Source: Felis catus (taxonomy: Eukaryota). Taken from it: DNA of 64,000 bases. Within the stretch, counting starts at the first letter, position 1, and each line of letters starts with the position of its first letter. The stretch spans positions 214,212,001-214,276,000 of the forward strand of contig NC_058368.1 in the NCBI RefSeq assembly GCF_018350175.1, read 5' to 3'. The notes under the pieces are model-generated. The model saw only the letters and a program-made list of their open reading frames with translations, was not told where the DNA came from and ran no database searches. The position numbers and the translations under genes are program-made. Shown here piece after piece: positions 12,411-25,529 of this stretch.

Positions 12411-15270
12411 AATGTTAGTTCCCTAGAAAGACCCCTATAGCTGTGTACAGTGTGACCAAACATTGCTGAGCCAAGAAGGACTTAACAGGATCAAGAGCGA
12501 CCTAGCCATGTAACACTGGCAACATTTCTTTGTAGCAGTGTGGATTCTCAACAAACTGGCTTGAACTCACAATTCCCCTCTGGGCCAAAGAAGACAAGAA
12601 TGCTGAGTGATTACCACATAAAATGGGACAAATATAGCCAAAGATCTAGATGTCCATTGGGGAGTATCAGTTGGTCCTAAAACAAAAATCTCCCTTTGAT
12701 GATAAGTGCTAAAAAAACACAAAGCACCTCATCTCTTCTTGTTTTCTTATGACTGTGCCCTTAAGATGGTGTTTAGCACTGGAGAAAGTGTTATTTCCTC
12801 TTTTCAGTCAGGCATAAATCATGCCCTATAACTGAGATATCTAAAAACCCCATTGGATTATCTTCTTACATTTAAAACATCTTGAATATTGGTTATCCAG
12901 ATGTACCAGACCCTCCTACTTTCTAATATGAATCCTCAATAAACTGGCCTTTATTGAATATATGTATGACTGTGCTGGGGATAATGGGCTTATAAGACAT
13001 GGTCTTGCCTTCAAAGAACCTATGATCTAGTTGAGAAATAAAACTACAGTTTGCTAAAAAAAAAAAAAAAAAAAGCCTCTCAATCTGTTCTTCACATGTG
13101 TTCTGGCAGCGCAACCCTTCTTTTCTTACTTGTGTTAATTCACCATTGCAGTAACACAACACTAACACCGTGCTTCAACTCTGTTCACAGTGCAGTAGGT
13201 TACCAATAAACAAACTAATCACTCCCTAGCCTAGTGTTGCCTGGAAAACAGACCTCATTTTCTATGTGCATGTGTGATTTGTCCTGCCCTTACATACCAT
13301 TCTGGTACCTGAAATTGTTGCTTAAGGATTCTTTTCATCCTCTTGATTTAGTTGTAATTTTTAAAGCCTTTATAAAAAAATTAAATTGAGGTCATCTATG
13401 TAAGGTGCCGATTGTAGTATGCAGGGCATAGAAAGTGGTCAATGAAAGTTAATTCAACCTGTTAATACACTTTAGTTCTGCATTTCCAAATCATCCTTTT
13501 CCATCACGTAACATAGTCGAGTCCATTTCCATTTTGTGCATTTATTTTTACATTATGGAAGATGAAAACAAAAATGTAAAGCACAAGGAGGAGGATTCAT
13601 CTCTCTACTGGGATAGGAACATGGGCTCAAATAATATATTCTGTGGAGCAAGAGTAAAAACAATAAATGTCCTGCATAGACTTCCCATTAAGCAGGTAAA
13701 ATTATTTTCCTATTTTCATAGCTTTGTATGTGAAGCTTTGTATTTTATTTATAGTGTAAATTCTATGCTCTTTTCAGTAGATGCTACTTCTCGTACTGAG
13801 CAATGGTTACTAAAGACTATTTTTCACCCCCATGTAATGTGCTCCTGATACACAACCAAAAGCTTTCTTTCAGTTAACCTGCTTGCTCCTTTCATAGCAG
13901 TATGGAGCAGTATTTTAAAACATTGAAAACCTCAGGTTTATACATGGTGTCATTTATTTGTATAGTCTTTAAAAATATTCTTCCTGCCCAGAGTAACTTA
14001 TGGTTATTTCTTTGAACTTAATTTTATATAAATACAGCCTGGCTGAGTTTGGCTTTTCATGATTCTTTCTCAAATTTGGGCTTTCTTGTATTTTTTTTTT
14101 CTCTTCGAAGATTAATTGCATTGTATCTGTAATCTCAGAGGGCTCCTTTGAGATGAGCTAAGGAAACAATAAACATGGTTCTACATTTTTAAATGGGTGA
14201 TTTGTTGTATAAGACTATGACCGTAATGGAGAAAATGCCAACCATTCCTTGAAGGTTTCTAATTCAGTTCTATACACAGAATTCATCAAGGTGCTCCTGG
14301 CGTGGAGGCTGAGAGCCACCTCCCCTCTCTACCATAGCCTTTACCGGTTTTAATTCCCTTGGTGCATCCATTTGGCTGGGGAGACCAGATAACTACCATT
14401 ACTACTACTTATGGTTTCACTTTGAACTTGTACTAAATGGAACAGTATCTTTTAATTTCACCAGAAAATGAAATTAATTCAGATTTTAAAAATATAATTA
14501 ATCTGAAGAAGAAATGATGAAAAGAGATCATAAATATTTTCTACCCACCTCAAAACTTGCTCTCTATTCAAGATTAAAGATTAACTCTGGCTATCTACAA
14601 ACACACAAACCAAACACCCAGAAGATTTTGTTCTTTTCTTTTACCAAGAGGACTGGTTTATCTTCATTTGTGTTGGTTGGCAGTAAAACCCAATGCCCAG
14701 CAAGATGAAACACTGGTAGATATTCCTCAGGAATGGTTCAGAAAATTTATCCTATTCAGACTTCGTATCTTATTTAGAAGTATAGCCAGTGTCCCAAATA
14801 CATAATCTTTCAGCACCGCATGTTGTCTGAGACTCTTCGAGCTTCTATTATTTTATACAACCACCATTTTTTGCTGTCCAGTCTGGATAGACAATTAACC
14901 ACTTCACTGAACTTTTATCTAGGTCTGAGAAAGAGAAAAAAGGCCAGTTATAAAAACTTTTGTAACTTGGACCTTTGGTTATTATAACCCTCTGTCTTTT
15001 ATAAGACAGTCATGGTAGGCTTTTAAACTCTGAATCCTTTTTTTCCTCCTATGTCTTATTTATGTGAAGTTAGCAAAGCAAGGTCCAAGGAAAACTAAGA
15101 CAGAAGTTAAGGATTATAAGAGAGATTAGAATAAGAAGGCAGGAGACATAAAAAAAAATCTATATATCCATTCTCTGCAATTTTTTTCCATATCCAAGAC
15201 ATAGACTTATATTTAGAGGATAACTTATAAATCATCTTGGAGGATATTGCATTTAATGCAAAGTCTGTAT

Positions 15271-15625
15271 GGGTGACCAGTTGGCTTGGCAATGATAGAT
15301 GGACTCACACGACTGGGTCCAGTGGTTCAAATGTAGTTCACTTTGGCAGTGACTAAAAGTCTTTATGATCCAGTGATTGTTCAGCGACCTGAATGAAATG
15401 AATTGGTCTCTTTCCTAGCGAATAGCTGTCCATGTCACAAGACTAGAATGTAACCGGTACTAATTGTCTCCCTGGTTGATGCTTTCAGAAACAGGGTTCA
15501 AGAGGTCAGAAGGAAGAGTGACAAAATGCTCTATTTTTTCACACCATCGCTCATTTATTGAGCTCATTGCACCAGGTCATCCCATTGGCCAGGCAGAGAG
15601 GAGGAAACCATTCATTGTTGCAAGC
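15271..15625 (+). mobile_element. Probable LF-SINE (LFSINE_Vert), ancient tetrapod/lobe-finned fish SINE
   Basis: Colinear blocks matching the recalled LF-SINE consensus: ggttcaaat, agtgactaaaagtc, tgaaatgaattggtctc, ttcctag..., tgtccatgtcacaa, ggtactaattg..ccctggttg, cattggccaggca. Confidence 0.75.
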
Positions 15626-15984
15626 TGAGTTAAACTGAGCCTATCTTAAATGACATGTCTTCAATTCTCTTGATTATCTCTGTGACAAAATCTTTATATA
15701 TGCCAAATTTAGTCCAACACCTTCACTCCTGGTGGGGGGACAAGAGCAAAAGCAGTGTTAGAAAAGAAAAATAGTCTCTAAAATGACAAATGCTTTTGAT
15801 CATTTAGAGCAAAGTCCAGATTTGAAAGAGTCATGGAATTAGCTTCATAGTTTCTTTATAATTATATCCTACTGTGTTGGAGAGTTGATTTAAAATTTAC
15901 TCTCATCAGTGCTTGTCCTTCAGGACCCATTAGAGTATTTTTTAACATTTTTGTTCTACATAAAATGAAGTCCAGAAGAATTTT

Positions 15985-17200
15985 CCCTGGATGGGAAGAA
16001 TTAATAATGTGAAGATGTCAGTCTTTACTAAATGAATATAAAAATGAAATTCAACCCCAATCAGCGTCCAAAAAGTTGGTATTAAAATCCAGAGGGAAAA
16101 ATTCCAAGAGAATTAATAATAATGAGGTACACACAATAATATTGAAAGAGACAAAAGAGTTACTGTAGTAAAATAATATGAGCCTGGAAGTTAAATAGAC
16201 AAGCAGATCAATGGAACCCAGTGGGACTGTGGACACATACACACATCCCCACATATGGAAACTTGGTATTTGTTAGGCATGGTGTTTCAAATCCATGAGA
16301 CGTTTAGACAATTAAGTATTCAAAAGCAAAACACAAAATTGGATTCCCTCCTCATACTATACACAAAAGATAAACTACAGATGGATCAGAAATCTAAATG
16401 TAAAACTTATAAAAGTATTTAAAGAAAATGTAAGTCTGGAGTAGTGTTCTTAAGTAAGATTTGGAAAGCAGGACCCATAAAGAAAACACCATGGTTAGAT
16501 TTGAGTACATTAAAATTCTAATTTCTGTAAAGGATAACAAATCCAAAGTCAAAATACAAACAGCTAATGTGAAAATATTGTAACTTACATAACAGGTATG
16601 TCTAATAAATACTTTCAGAGTTCTTCCAATAAGTGGAGAAAAAATGTTAGCCTCTTAGTAGAAAAATGAACTAAGAATATGAACAGGCAATTTAGAGATG
16701 AAGAGCTGGAAAGGACTGATAAACATATAAAAAGTCGTTCAACTTAAGTACTAATTAAAGGAATGAAAATTAAAACAGGATGCCCTTTTGGCTATTATAT
16801 TTGGACAATGTAAAGAAAATTGAAAACATTTTGTGCTGTGCTATGTTAGGCAAAGCTGTGGTATGAAAATGACCTTTTCTTACACTATTGTGTTAAAGGG
16901 AATTTGCAAGTTTTGGAGATTAGTTTGGTAATCGCTATTAAAAATTCAAATGCACATTTCCTATAACCTAGAAATACCTATAGCTATATGTATTCTGAGG
17001 ACTGTCACCTATAGCTGTGGGTTCAAAAGCATACATTTATGCCTATCACAAACATAAATGTCCATTAATAAGAAAATGACAAAATAAATTACATCATCTT
17101 TACATCGGATTCTATGTAACCATTGAAAAGAATGGAGTCCAGTTACACATGCTAACATGAAAAAAATGTGCTATATTGTCAAATGAAAAAATGTGCAGTA
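15985..17200 (+). mobile_element. Old degenerate LINE-1 fragment (L1M-type ORF2 3' part)
   Basis: tggatgggaagaattaataatgtgaagatgtca (W.GRIN.VKMS) and later ttggattccctcctcatactatacacaaaagataaac are ORF2 remnants in A-rich sequence. Confidence 0.75.
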
Positions 17201-17829
17201 TGTCAGTTCTTGTATGTGTGTGTCTGTGTGTGTGTCTTTGTGTGTATTTCTGTATAATCTTAGGAAAATATTGAGAAGTATGTGTCTCTAGTTGTTGGAA
17301 GTACTAAAATTTTAAAGCAGTTGGAAGAGTCAGTGGGATTGAAGGCAAGGTGGGACTTTTACTTCCTTAAATAACTTTCAAAAGATGGGAACATGGGTAA
17401 TTGTCTGGACCTGAAATTTTGGGCTTTTTAGTGAGATAGGTTTGTGCCTGCATGGACATTTGCCATGTGTACCTTGTCAACTTCCGTTGCTCCAGTAAGG
17501 CAAGAATGCAAGAATGCAAGAATGATCATTAGCCTGCTCATCAAAGAAGCAATTCAGATGTGGCTAAGAAGGCCATTGTGAGTGTACAAAGCACCAACAT
17601 GCCCCATACTGGGATGTAGGTAAAAAGAAAGTGACCCTTCCCTGCCTGTGGGGAGAATGTTTGACTTCCTGTCACTGATGCTTAATTTCAGAGTTATTTG
17701 CCTATGGTTTCTTTTTGTTGTTGTTGTTGTTAACATATAACACTGATCATAAAATAAGTCTTAGTAATTATGAACTTTGTGAAATTTGGCACAAATTTCC
17801 ACAAAATTTGGCAGTTGGAAAAATTATTA

Positions 17830-17921
17830 TTTTATTTTTTAAAAATTAAATTTTTTAATTTTTTGATATAATTTATTGTCAAATTGGCTTACATACAACA
17901 CCCAGTGCTCATCCCAACAAG
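17830..17921 (-). mobile_element. Extremely 5'-truncated felid L1 3' terminus
   Basis: aatttattgtcaaattgg.ttacatacaacacccagtgctcatcccaacaagtg is the reverse complement of the carnivore L1 3' end. It has a T-rich tail and flanking ggaaaaa(a)ttatt repeats. Confidence 0.8.
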
Positions 17922-18000
17922 TGGAAAAAATTATTTTTAAAACATTTGGGCTTTTAGTTCAGTGTTTTAATAATGTGAATAGTTTTTAAATGAGAGCATG

Positions 18001-18161
18001 TTTCTCTCTTCTTCCCTTCCTCCTTCTCTTTCTTTCTCTCTCCTTCTTTCTCCCTCCTTCCCCCGCCCTCCCTTCCCTCTCTCTTTCTTCCTTCCTTTCT
18101 TCCTCTCTCTCTTTCTTCCTCCCTCCTTCCGTCTTTTTCTTTCTCTCTCTCTCTCTCTTTC
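18001..18161. repeat. Polypyrimidine (CT-rich) low-complexity tract
   Basis: About 160 bp composed almost entirely of C and T. Confidence 0.9.
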
Positions 18162-18340
18162 TAAATAGTTCTAGTAGTTCAAGTTGTCAACTTGGTATTT
18201 GAATCAAAAAGAGAATCAGTGGCCCCCTCAGAGTATGACAAAATTTTCAATTACTAAATGCAAAACTTGTTCTTCCTACTCATGTGTTTATAACACATTA
18301 TGGAAATATGTCTTCTCATTTCTTAAAGTACCAAATTGCT

Positions 18341-18565
18341 AGGGCACCTAGGTAGCTTAGTTGAGCATCTGACTGTTGATTTTGGCCCAGGTCATGGTAT
18401 CACGGTTGATGCGTTAGAGCCCTGCATTGAGCTCCACATTGAGCCTTGCATCGAGCTCCGCAGAGCCTGCTTGGGATTCTCTATCTTCCTCTCTCTCTGC
18501 CCCACCCCTGTGTACACGCACACACGTGTGCGTGCGCTCTCTCTCAAACAAATAAACTTAAAAAG
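18341..18565 (+). mobile_element. Can-SINE, older subfamily, with internal duplication
   Basis: Degenerate head. TSD aagtaccaaattg at 18326-18338 and 18566-18578. Confidence 0.9.
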
Positions 18566-19407
18566 AAGTACCAAATTGTTTTTAAAGTCACTTCTTTCTT
18601 ATTTACACTCCTTTTTCTTTTATGTAACAGTTCTCAGCTTTTGGCTTTTGGAGCAGGTTTGTTCTTTTATGCAGCAGACATCAAAATAGACATTTATATT
18701 TTCATATTTAAGTAATTTTTTTACCATGACTAATATTCTAATTTGTAGTTATAATGTCAAGGTGATATCCTCCAGGTGGGAGATTTTATTGCTAGATTGG
18801 ATGTGAACTTTCCTTTTGTTTATATCACAGCTTTATTATTGTCATCTCTCCTAAGAAATATTCTTGTATAGAGAAATAATAAGTAAAATCCTAATTTAAG
18901 CAATGAGTGTTGGGGAGTGATTATGGCATTTGCCCAGTACTAAGCTAGAAATAAAACCTAGAGAGGCAAAGTTGTGGAGATCAATTTTCCTGAAATGCTG
19001 CTTTTGACTTGCCAATCTGTTATTCCCAATTCTTTAGTATTTTAATTCTGTACCATCTTTTGGCTTTTATAAAGTAAAACAAAACATTTGCCCTGACCTT
19101 CTTTGCAATCTGTTATCACCCCCCAATCTGTTATCACCCCCTTAATACCTGAAAGGGGCAGAGAATGATGAAGAGTAGGTTCAATCTGGTGCAGGACAGG
19201 CCTTGAAAGAGCTCACTTATTGTTCAAGGAGAAATTCCAAGGAAAAAGGATCCTAACATCAGTAATATTCTTGATATTTCCTGTAAAAAAAAAAGGGGGG
19301 GGGGAAAGACAAAAACAGACATTAAAAAGCTAACAGAAGTAAAAAAAAAAAAAGGCAAATTTCAGAAGTCATTGACCCATAAATGGATATTTGTATACAA
19401 ATTTTAT

Positions 19408-19635
19408 TTATTTATTTTAAAAAATTTTTTTTCAACGTTTATTTATTTTTGGGACAGAGAGAGACAGAGCATGAACGGGGGAAGGGCAGAGAGAGAGGGA
19501 GACACAGAAACGGAAACAGGCTCCAGGCTCCGAGCCATCAGCCCAGAGCCCGACGCGGGGCTCGAACTCACAGACCGCGAGATCGTGACCTGGCTGAAGT
19601 CGGACGCTTAACCGACTGCGCCACCCAGGCACCCC
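19408..19635 (-). mobile_element. Young SINEC_Fc-type Can-SINE
   Basis: Near-identical to 4473-4695. Perfect TSD tgtatacaaattttat at 19392-19407 and 19636-19651. Confidence 0.97.
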
Positions 19636-20874
19636 TGTATACAAATTTTATACATGACAGTAAAAATTAGCCATTTTAAAAGCACTTTGGGGATCAGATT
19701 TAGTAGTGGTAATTCAGATTCTAGGCAGGAAGTTCCTTGATGTCAGCTTTGGAAGTAGGACAGTTTTTTTTGGCTAGAAATCCAGAGGTGGGGAAAAAGA
19801 CACAAAATTGTTGGAATAACATTAAAGTGATACCACCAAATGAACTTGAGATAAAAATAATTTATATGTGGTTCAGTAATGAAATGATGCAGACATTATT
19901 TTAAGTGAAAAGCAACACAGTATAATAAAGTTTATTGGAAACATTTAGATCCAGGCTAAGGGGATATATGTGCAGTGACAAATGGAGGTATAGCTAAATC
20001 ACTCATTATGGAGGGACTGAGGGTGACAGCAACTAATGCAAAGGGACAGCTCTGTGCCTGCTTACCAGGGTTTGTACAGCACTATGGGAGCTTAAATAAC
20101 TCAGGTATTCAGAGGAGTAACACAGCCACGAGCAAAGAAGCTGCTGTGTACCTGGTTTAGTTAGATGAAAAAACGCACACACTATCCACATTCCTGCATG
20201 TGCTCAGGAATCAGGCTTCTCTTGTCTGGTTTGCATGTTTATTGGGCAGGAAATGATCTGTCAGCTTAATTTAGAATGTGTATTTTCAATAGAGCTGACA
20301 TTGGGTTAAAAAAATCAATATAAGACTTACAAGATAAAATAATGTTATCTTATTGACAGCTATCAATAATGGATAATGAGGCCTTAGCTTGAACCTCCTT
20401 GAACAAACAAGGACTTGAGGCTGTTAACAGGTTATAAATGAAATTCTAATTATGTAGAACAGTTAGTTTGAATTCTAGTCTGAGACATTAATGTAATTAA
20501 TTTATGGAAAAGTGGCAGTTTGAGTGTGAGAATTCAAGTGCATGTTTTATTAAGTTATTTTTATAAATAGGTACACTTTTAGAGAAAAATACCTTTCCTC
20601 TTTGCAAACACCTATTGCAGATGTATATATGACATAAAAACACATGTGCATATGAGACAGATTTTTTTTTTTCAGTTTATGGGACATTATTATAAATTTC
20701 CTAAGTAGAAAGGAAATATGAGTTGCTCAGGCAATCTAATAAAATTCAGATAGAAATAATTGAGTTCAAGATATCCAAGTTCCTCAGTATCAGTTCAAAA
20801 TTAAAATAAATTTTTGTATTCTGTGAAAGTAAGGTCACTGTTAAAAGTTCCTGTTTTCTCTTTGCTATGGTTTT

Positions 20875-21100
20875 TTTTTTTTTAATTTTTTTTTCAACGT
20901 TTTTTATTTATTTTTGGGACAGAGAGAGACAGAGCATGAACGGGGGAGGGGCAGAGAGAGAGGGAGACACAGAATCAGAAACAGGCTCCAGGCTCTGAGC
21001 CATCAGCCCAGAGCCTGACGCGGGGCTCGAACTCACGGACCGCGAGATCGTGACCTGGCTGAAGTCGGACGCTTAACCGACTGCGCCACCCAGGCGCCCC
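20875..21100 (-). mobile_element. Young SINEC_Fc-type Can-SINE
   Basis: Intact body. Perfect TSD tctttgctatggtttt at 20859-20874 and 21101-21116. Confidence 0.97.
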
Positions 21101-21237
21101 TCTTTGCTATGGTTTTAAAATAACAGAACAAAAGCACAACTCCAGAGGTCTTTCCAAGAGGTTGACTTCTAGAAAGTTAGGATCCTTAGATAGGGAGAGA
21201 TAGAGATAGCCTTTTAAAATCTCTCGTATGAAGTTTT

Positions 21238-21878
21238 ATCCATAATGGCCAAAGCTTGTAAGCAGCCAAGATGTCCTTCAGTAGGTGAAGGGATAAACAG
21301 ACTGGTACATCCATGCAATGAAATGTTATTTGGTGATAAGGAGAAATGAGTTATTAAGCCCTGAAAAGACATGGAGTACACGTAAATGCGTGTTGCTAAG
21401 TAAAAGAAGTCAGTCTGAGAAGGTTGCACACTGTATGATTCTAAATATTTGACATTCGAGGAAGGCATAACTATAGAGACCGAAAAAGATCAGTGGTTTC
21501 CAGGGACTAGGGCAGTGATGGGGGTGAGTTAGAGGCGGGGATTTCATAGATGGAGCATAGCAGATTTTTAGGGCAGTGACACTATTCTGTATGATACCAT
21601 AATGGTGGATACATGACATTATTTATTTGGCAGAATCCAAATGTGTGAACCCTAATGTAAACTTTCGACTTTGGGTGATAATGACTTGTCTGTGTAGTTT
21701 CATCGATTGTAAAAAATGTACCAAACTAATACAGGATGTTAATAATAAGGGAAACTGTGTGTGTATGGGATGGGTGGTGGTCAGAGAGGTAAGTATGTGG
21801 GAACTCCTATTCTTCTGTTCAGTTTTTCTGTAAACCTAAAGCTGCTCTAACAAATAAGGTCTATTAATTAAAAAAAAA
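21238..21878 (+). mobile_element. LINE-1 3' end (L1MC-like)
   Basis: gccaagatgtccttcagtaggtgaagggataaac...gtgaaccctaatgtaaact...tgggtgataatga, ending in an A tail. Confidence 0.85.
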
Positions 21879-24800
21879 TTCTCTCTTCAAAATTAGAGTA
21901 AACAGAAATGTTATCAGTGAGTTGGGGTTGACCTGAATGCAATCTAGGGTTGGGACGGTGACTTTGATCACTTAAGTCAAAGACAGATTTTGTGCAACAT
22001 TGTCTGATTAGATGGCTCCCATTGTAGGGATAACTGCCCATAGGGTACATAAATGACAACTTGGTTATTCTTCCAGGAAACTCCTCTGACTAACCAAGAC
22101 CCTGATCATTTTGGAAAGATCTTCACAGTCATATTTGGCTACCTAAGTCCGATGATTGTGTTTTCCTGACATTTGCATGTCTTTCATACTTAGGTGCAAG
22201 TCAAGGTATTTTTGGGATAGAGGCAAGTAAATATTTGGCTTTCCCACAAGCAGTACAGTTCTGGGGGGCACATGTAGTGTCTTTGGAAAGAAAGTATATT
22301 TCTACTTGTTGTTTACTACCCTCCAAGTGAGACTTAAAAATTGGTCACAAAGAACAGGATGACAGAGCCTCCAATGTGGTCTTGTGGCTGGCTATTAAGC
22401 CTACGGTTCCCAGTTTAGTTTGACTAATTGAGTCTAGATCTTGATTTCAGAAGAAATAACTGAGGACAGTCAGTTCAGTCTTTCCTGTTTGTCTATACCA
22501 TTAGCCAGTGGCATTTTTTCTACCTTATGGAATGACTTAGACTGGGGAAGCAGGGAGGTGAAAACATCAAGATATATAATAGATATTTTGTGTAGGGAGT
22601 TTGTGAGCTGGGGTCGTCCTGCTGTTTCCTATTGGATTTATCAGTAAAGGGAGTAGTGACAAAACTGTAGTCAGAATCCTCTAGTAGAGGATGGAACACT
22701 GCCAGTCAGCTGAATTTAAGGTGCTTGCAATTGTTGGGAAGAGTTTTACTGCATTTCCCTTTCATAAGGAAAGTTCTATGTATGAAGCTCCTCCTTTCTT
22801 TGAACCTTCCAGGGTCTAAGATGCTCCCTATCCCAGGTACTTGCGTTGTTGTGTGCTCTCTCTACACTGTCACAATATGTCGTCTTCTTTAGGTAACTTT
22901 ACTTTTTTCCAGTCATCTCCTGCTTACTCTCAAACTTTACTTCTGGAAACATGAGGTGTAAAAGAGGTAGAACATAATTATAAAACTTACAGAGGCCCCA
23001 AATGTGTCAACCTCAGCCAACAGAGCCCTTGTAGGGATACTTTTGGGGGTCATTATCATTATGGTCTAAGGTCATTAGACCATAGTGGTCATTATTCTTA
23101 TGGCCTAAGACCATGGCATTCTAATAAAAGAATCTAGGCAGTTGAACCAGAATCAAGTTTGAATCCCCTAGAATCCCTTTTGGTTGGGCCGTCACCCAGG
23201 GAATGTTTGAACCAGATTGTCCTGGGATCACTACAGGGGAAAGGTGATATATCATGCCCACGACAGGTCAAGGTAAGATTCTGAATTTTCAAAATTAGGT
23301 GTATACAAATCCCACTATCACTTTGTCCTGATCATTATCTAAAGGGTAATTATTTCTTGTTTTGTATTACTCCAGTATTACTTATATTTTTTTCATAAGT
23401 CACATTGGATAGTTACTATCTCTCTACATGTCTGTTTTTCCTACAAAAGAGTAAGTTCTTTAAGGCAAGAAATTGTGACCTTTACCTTTGTATTCCTAGG
23501 GCCTACGAGGGTACCCATTAATGTAGAAGGCTTTTAAAAGTGTTTTTTAACTAGATTCAATGGTGAAAGATGGACTAGGGTAATATTTTTCAAATAAATG
23601 TGAATTTTGTAAAATACACAGAATCTGATTAAAAAGGAAATGATTATTGATTAGTTATATGTGGAGGAAACAATATGTTTGGGGATAAATATTACATATT
23701 TTTTTAAAAATTCTATAATTTCATATTACTTCAGGAAAAAGTCAATAAAAGTCTAGGAGATTAGTGTGTGTTTCTTGTGTTTTTTTCCCCATTGCATTAA
23801 ACTATTTAGTAATGTTTTGGCATTTAATAGCTATCTATAGAATTATTTGATTGGATTATATTAATTTTTTGGTCTTAATGATGCTTATCAAATTAGTTCA
23901 TTAAAGTGAAAAAAAAATCAGACTAAATTTCAAAGTGCCTGCCTGAGATGAATGACAATTTCATGAAACTAAAGAGTCAAGCACTTAAAAAAAAAAAAAA
24001 AAAGAACAGATTTTCTCTAGTTTTGTTCAAATATCTTGTGCTGAGTTTGGGCAACAGTGGGCAACGGGCTCTGGGTCTCTGGTTCAAGTGCTGATGTGCT
24101 TTTATTTGGAGAATTTCAGCCAGCCTGTTTTATAAAGGCAACATGAGAAGAGAAATTGCTGCAGATAAGCAGTGAATGTCTATGAATGGTGTGGGGGAAT
24201 AACAAGCTTGTCTCTGAGGTATTGCTGACTCAATGGCATGCTTTGCTTGGCTTTCAAGTCTGAGTTACTGCTTTACTGCTGGCCTATGAGGCTCACCTTC
24301 CCTTGTTTTTCCTCTAATTTCTTCTGAATGCACTCCCCAGGAAGTGAAAGTTACAACTTGTCTTGATAGACATTCCAAAGCCTATAGACTTGATGGACAT
24401 AGAGAATGTATTCAGAAGCTTCCTGCTCAGCTATCACACTCTTTGTTCTTTTGTGCATATCCTAAGTGAACTTTGCTCCAGACAAATTAGCCTAGGGCAA
24501 GGCGTTATAAAGAGTTGATTCCAAGAAAGACACAAAACACAGGAAAAGGGAGTAGGCATTTATTTCCATTTATGTTCCTATTTTTAGCCAAACATTTATC
24601 ATTTTCATCTTTAATTCTTCCTACTAATGTTAGTAATTCATAGTTTTACTTTGTTGTGAGCATAAAATTTTTTTGTCTCTTACACTTTTTAAGCATTCGT
24701 CAATTTAAGGGGCAAGAAATCCTCACATTTAATGAGGGAACAACTTGATCAACATGTATGCTTGAGGTTTTTACTATCTGGAATTTGAGGTAACACTATA

Positions 24801-25529
24801 GATGTTATAGATTGTTGAATTATGCTCAATCACTATATCTTACCTTGTGAAAAATCTTAATTTCATTAAGCAAAATGTTAACCTTCCAGTGTTTGATTCA
24901 ACAGAATATCAGTGTCATTTTTTTTTTTTCTGGGAAGTATTCCCTGACTTATGGCATATTATTAGAATAACATATCACACATGTTACAGTTGATTGTGTA
25001 TATCTTGTGTATATGTCTGGCTTATTAGTGACTTTAGAGGGAAAGAAGAAAGGTCAATTTGTACCTCAGTTTATCCATTTTCTAGCCTTGTACTTGGTAG
25101 ACAGAAAACACATTGTCCATTGCCTGTTGAGTTGAAGTAAATCCTAGTCTCATCTAAAAACTTAGTATGGTTGCTTAATTTTAACAGGAACATGAAGATG
25201 AATTGTTATAGTGCTCTCTTTCATGAACAAGAATTTCTCTTCTTAAATAAAGATTGTAGTACAGGCTTTTCTTTTTCTTGTTTTATAATATTATAATAAT
25301 GTTCTAAGTTACCACTTCAGGTACTTCAGCTCTTACTGGACTCCATAGTCAGACTTATCTCTCAGAAATGCTTCTAGTATATCTTTGCTCAAAATCCTTG
25401 GAAACATCCCCATTAGGAAGGGGTAAACTGGACTACTTTGCATCCCTTACAGTGGCTGACACGGTACTTTGTGTAGTTATTCAATGGATGCTGATTAACT
25501 GGGAGATGTCAGCCTGAAGGTGGTTCTGA

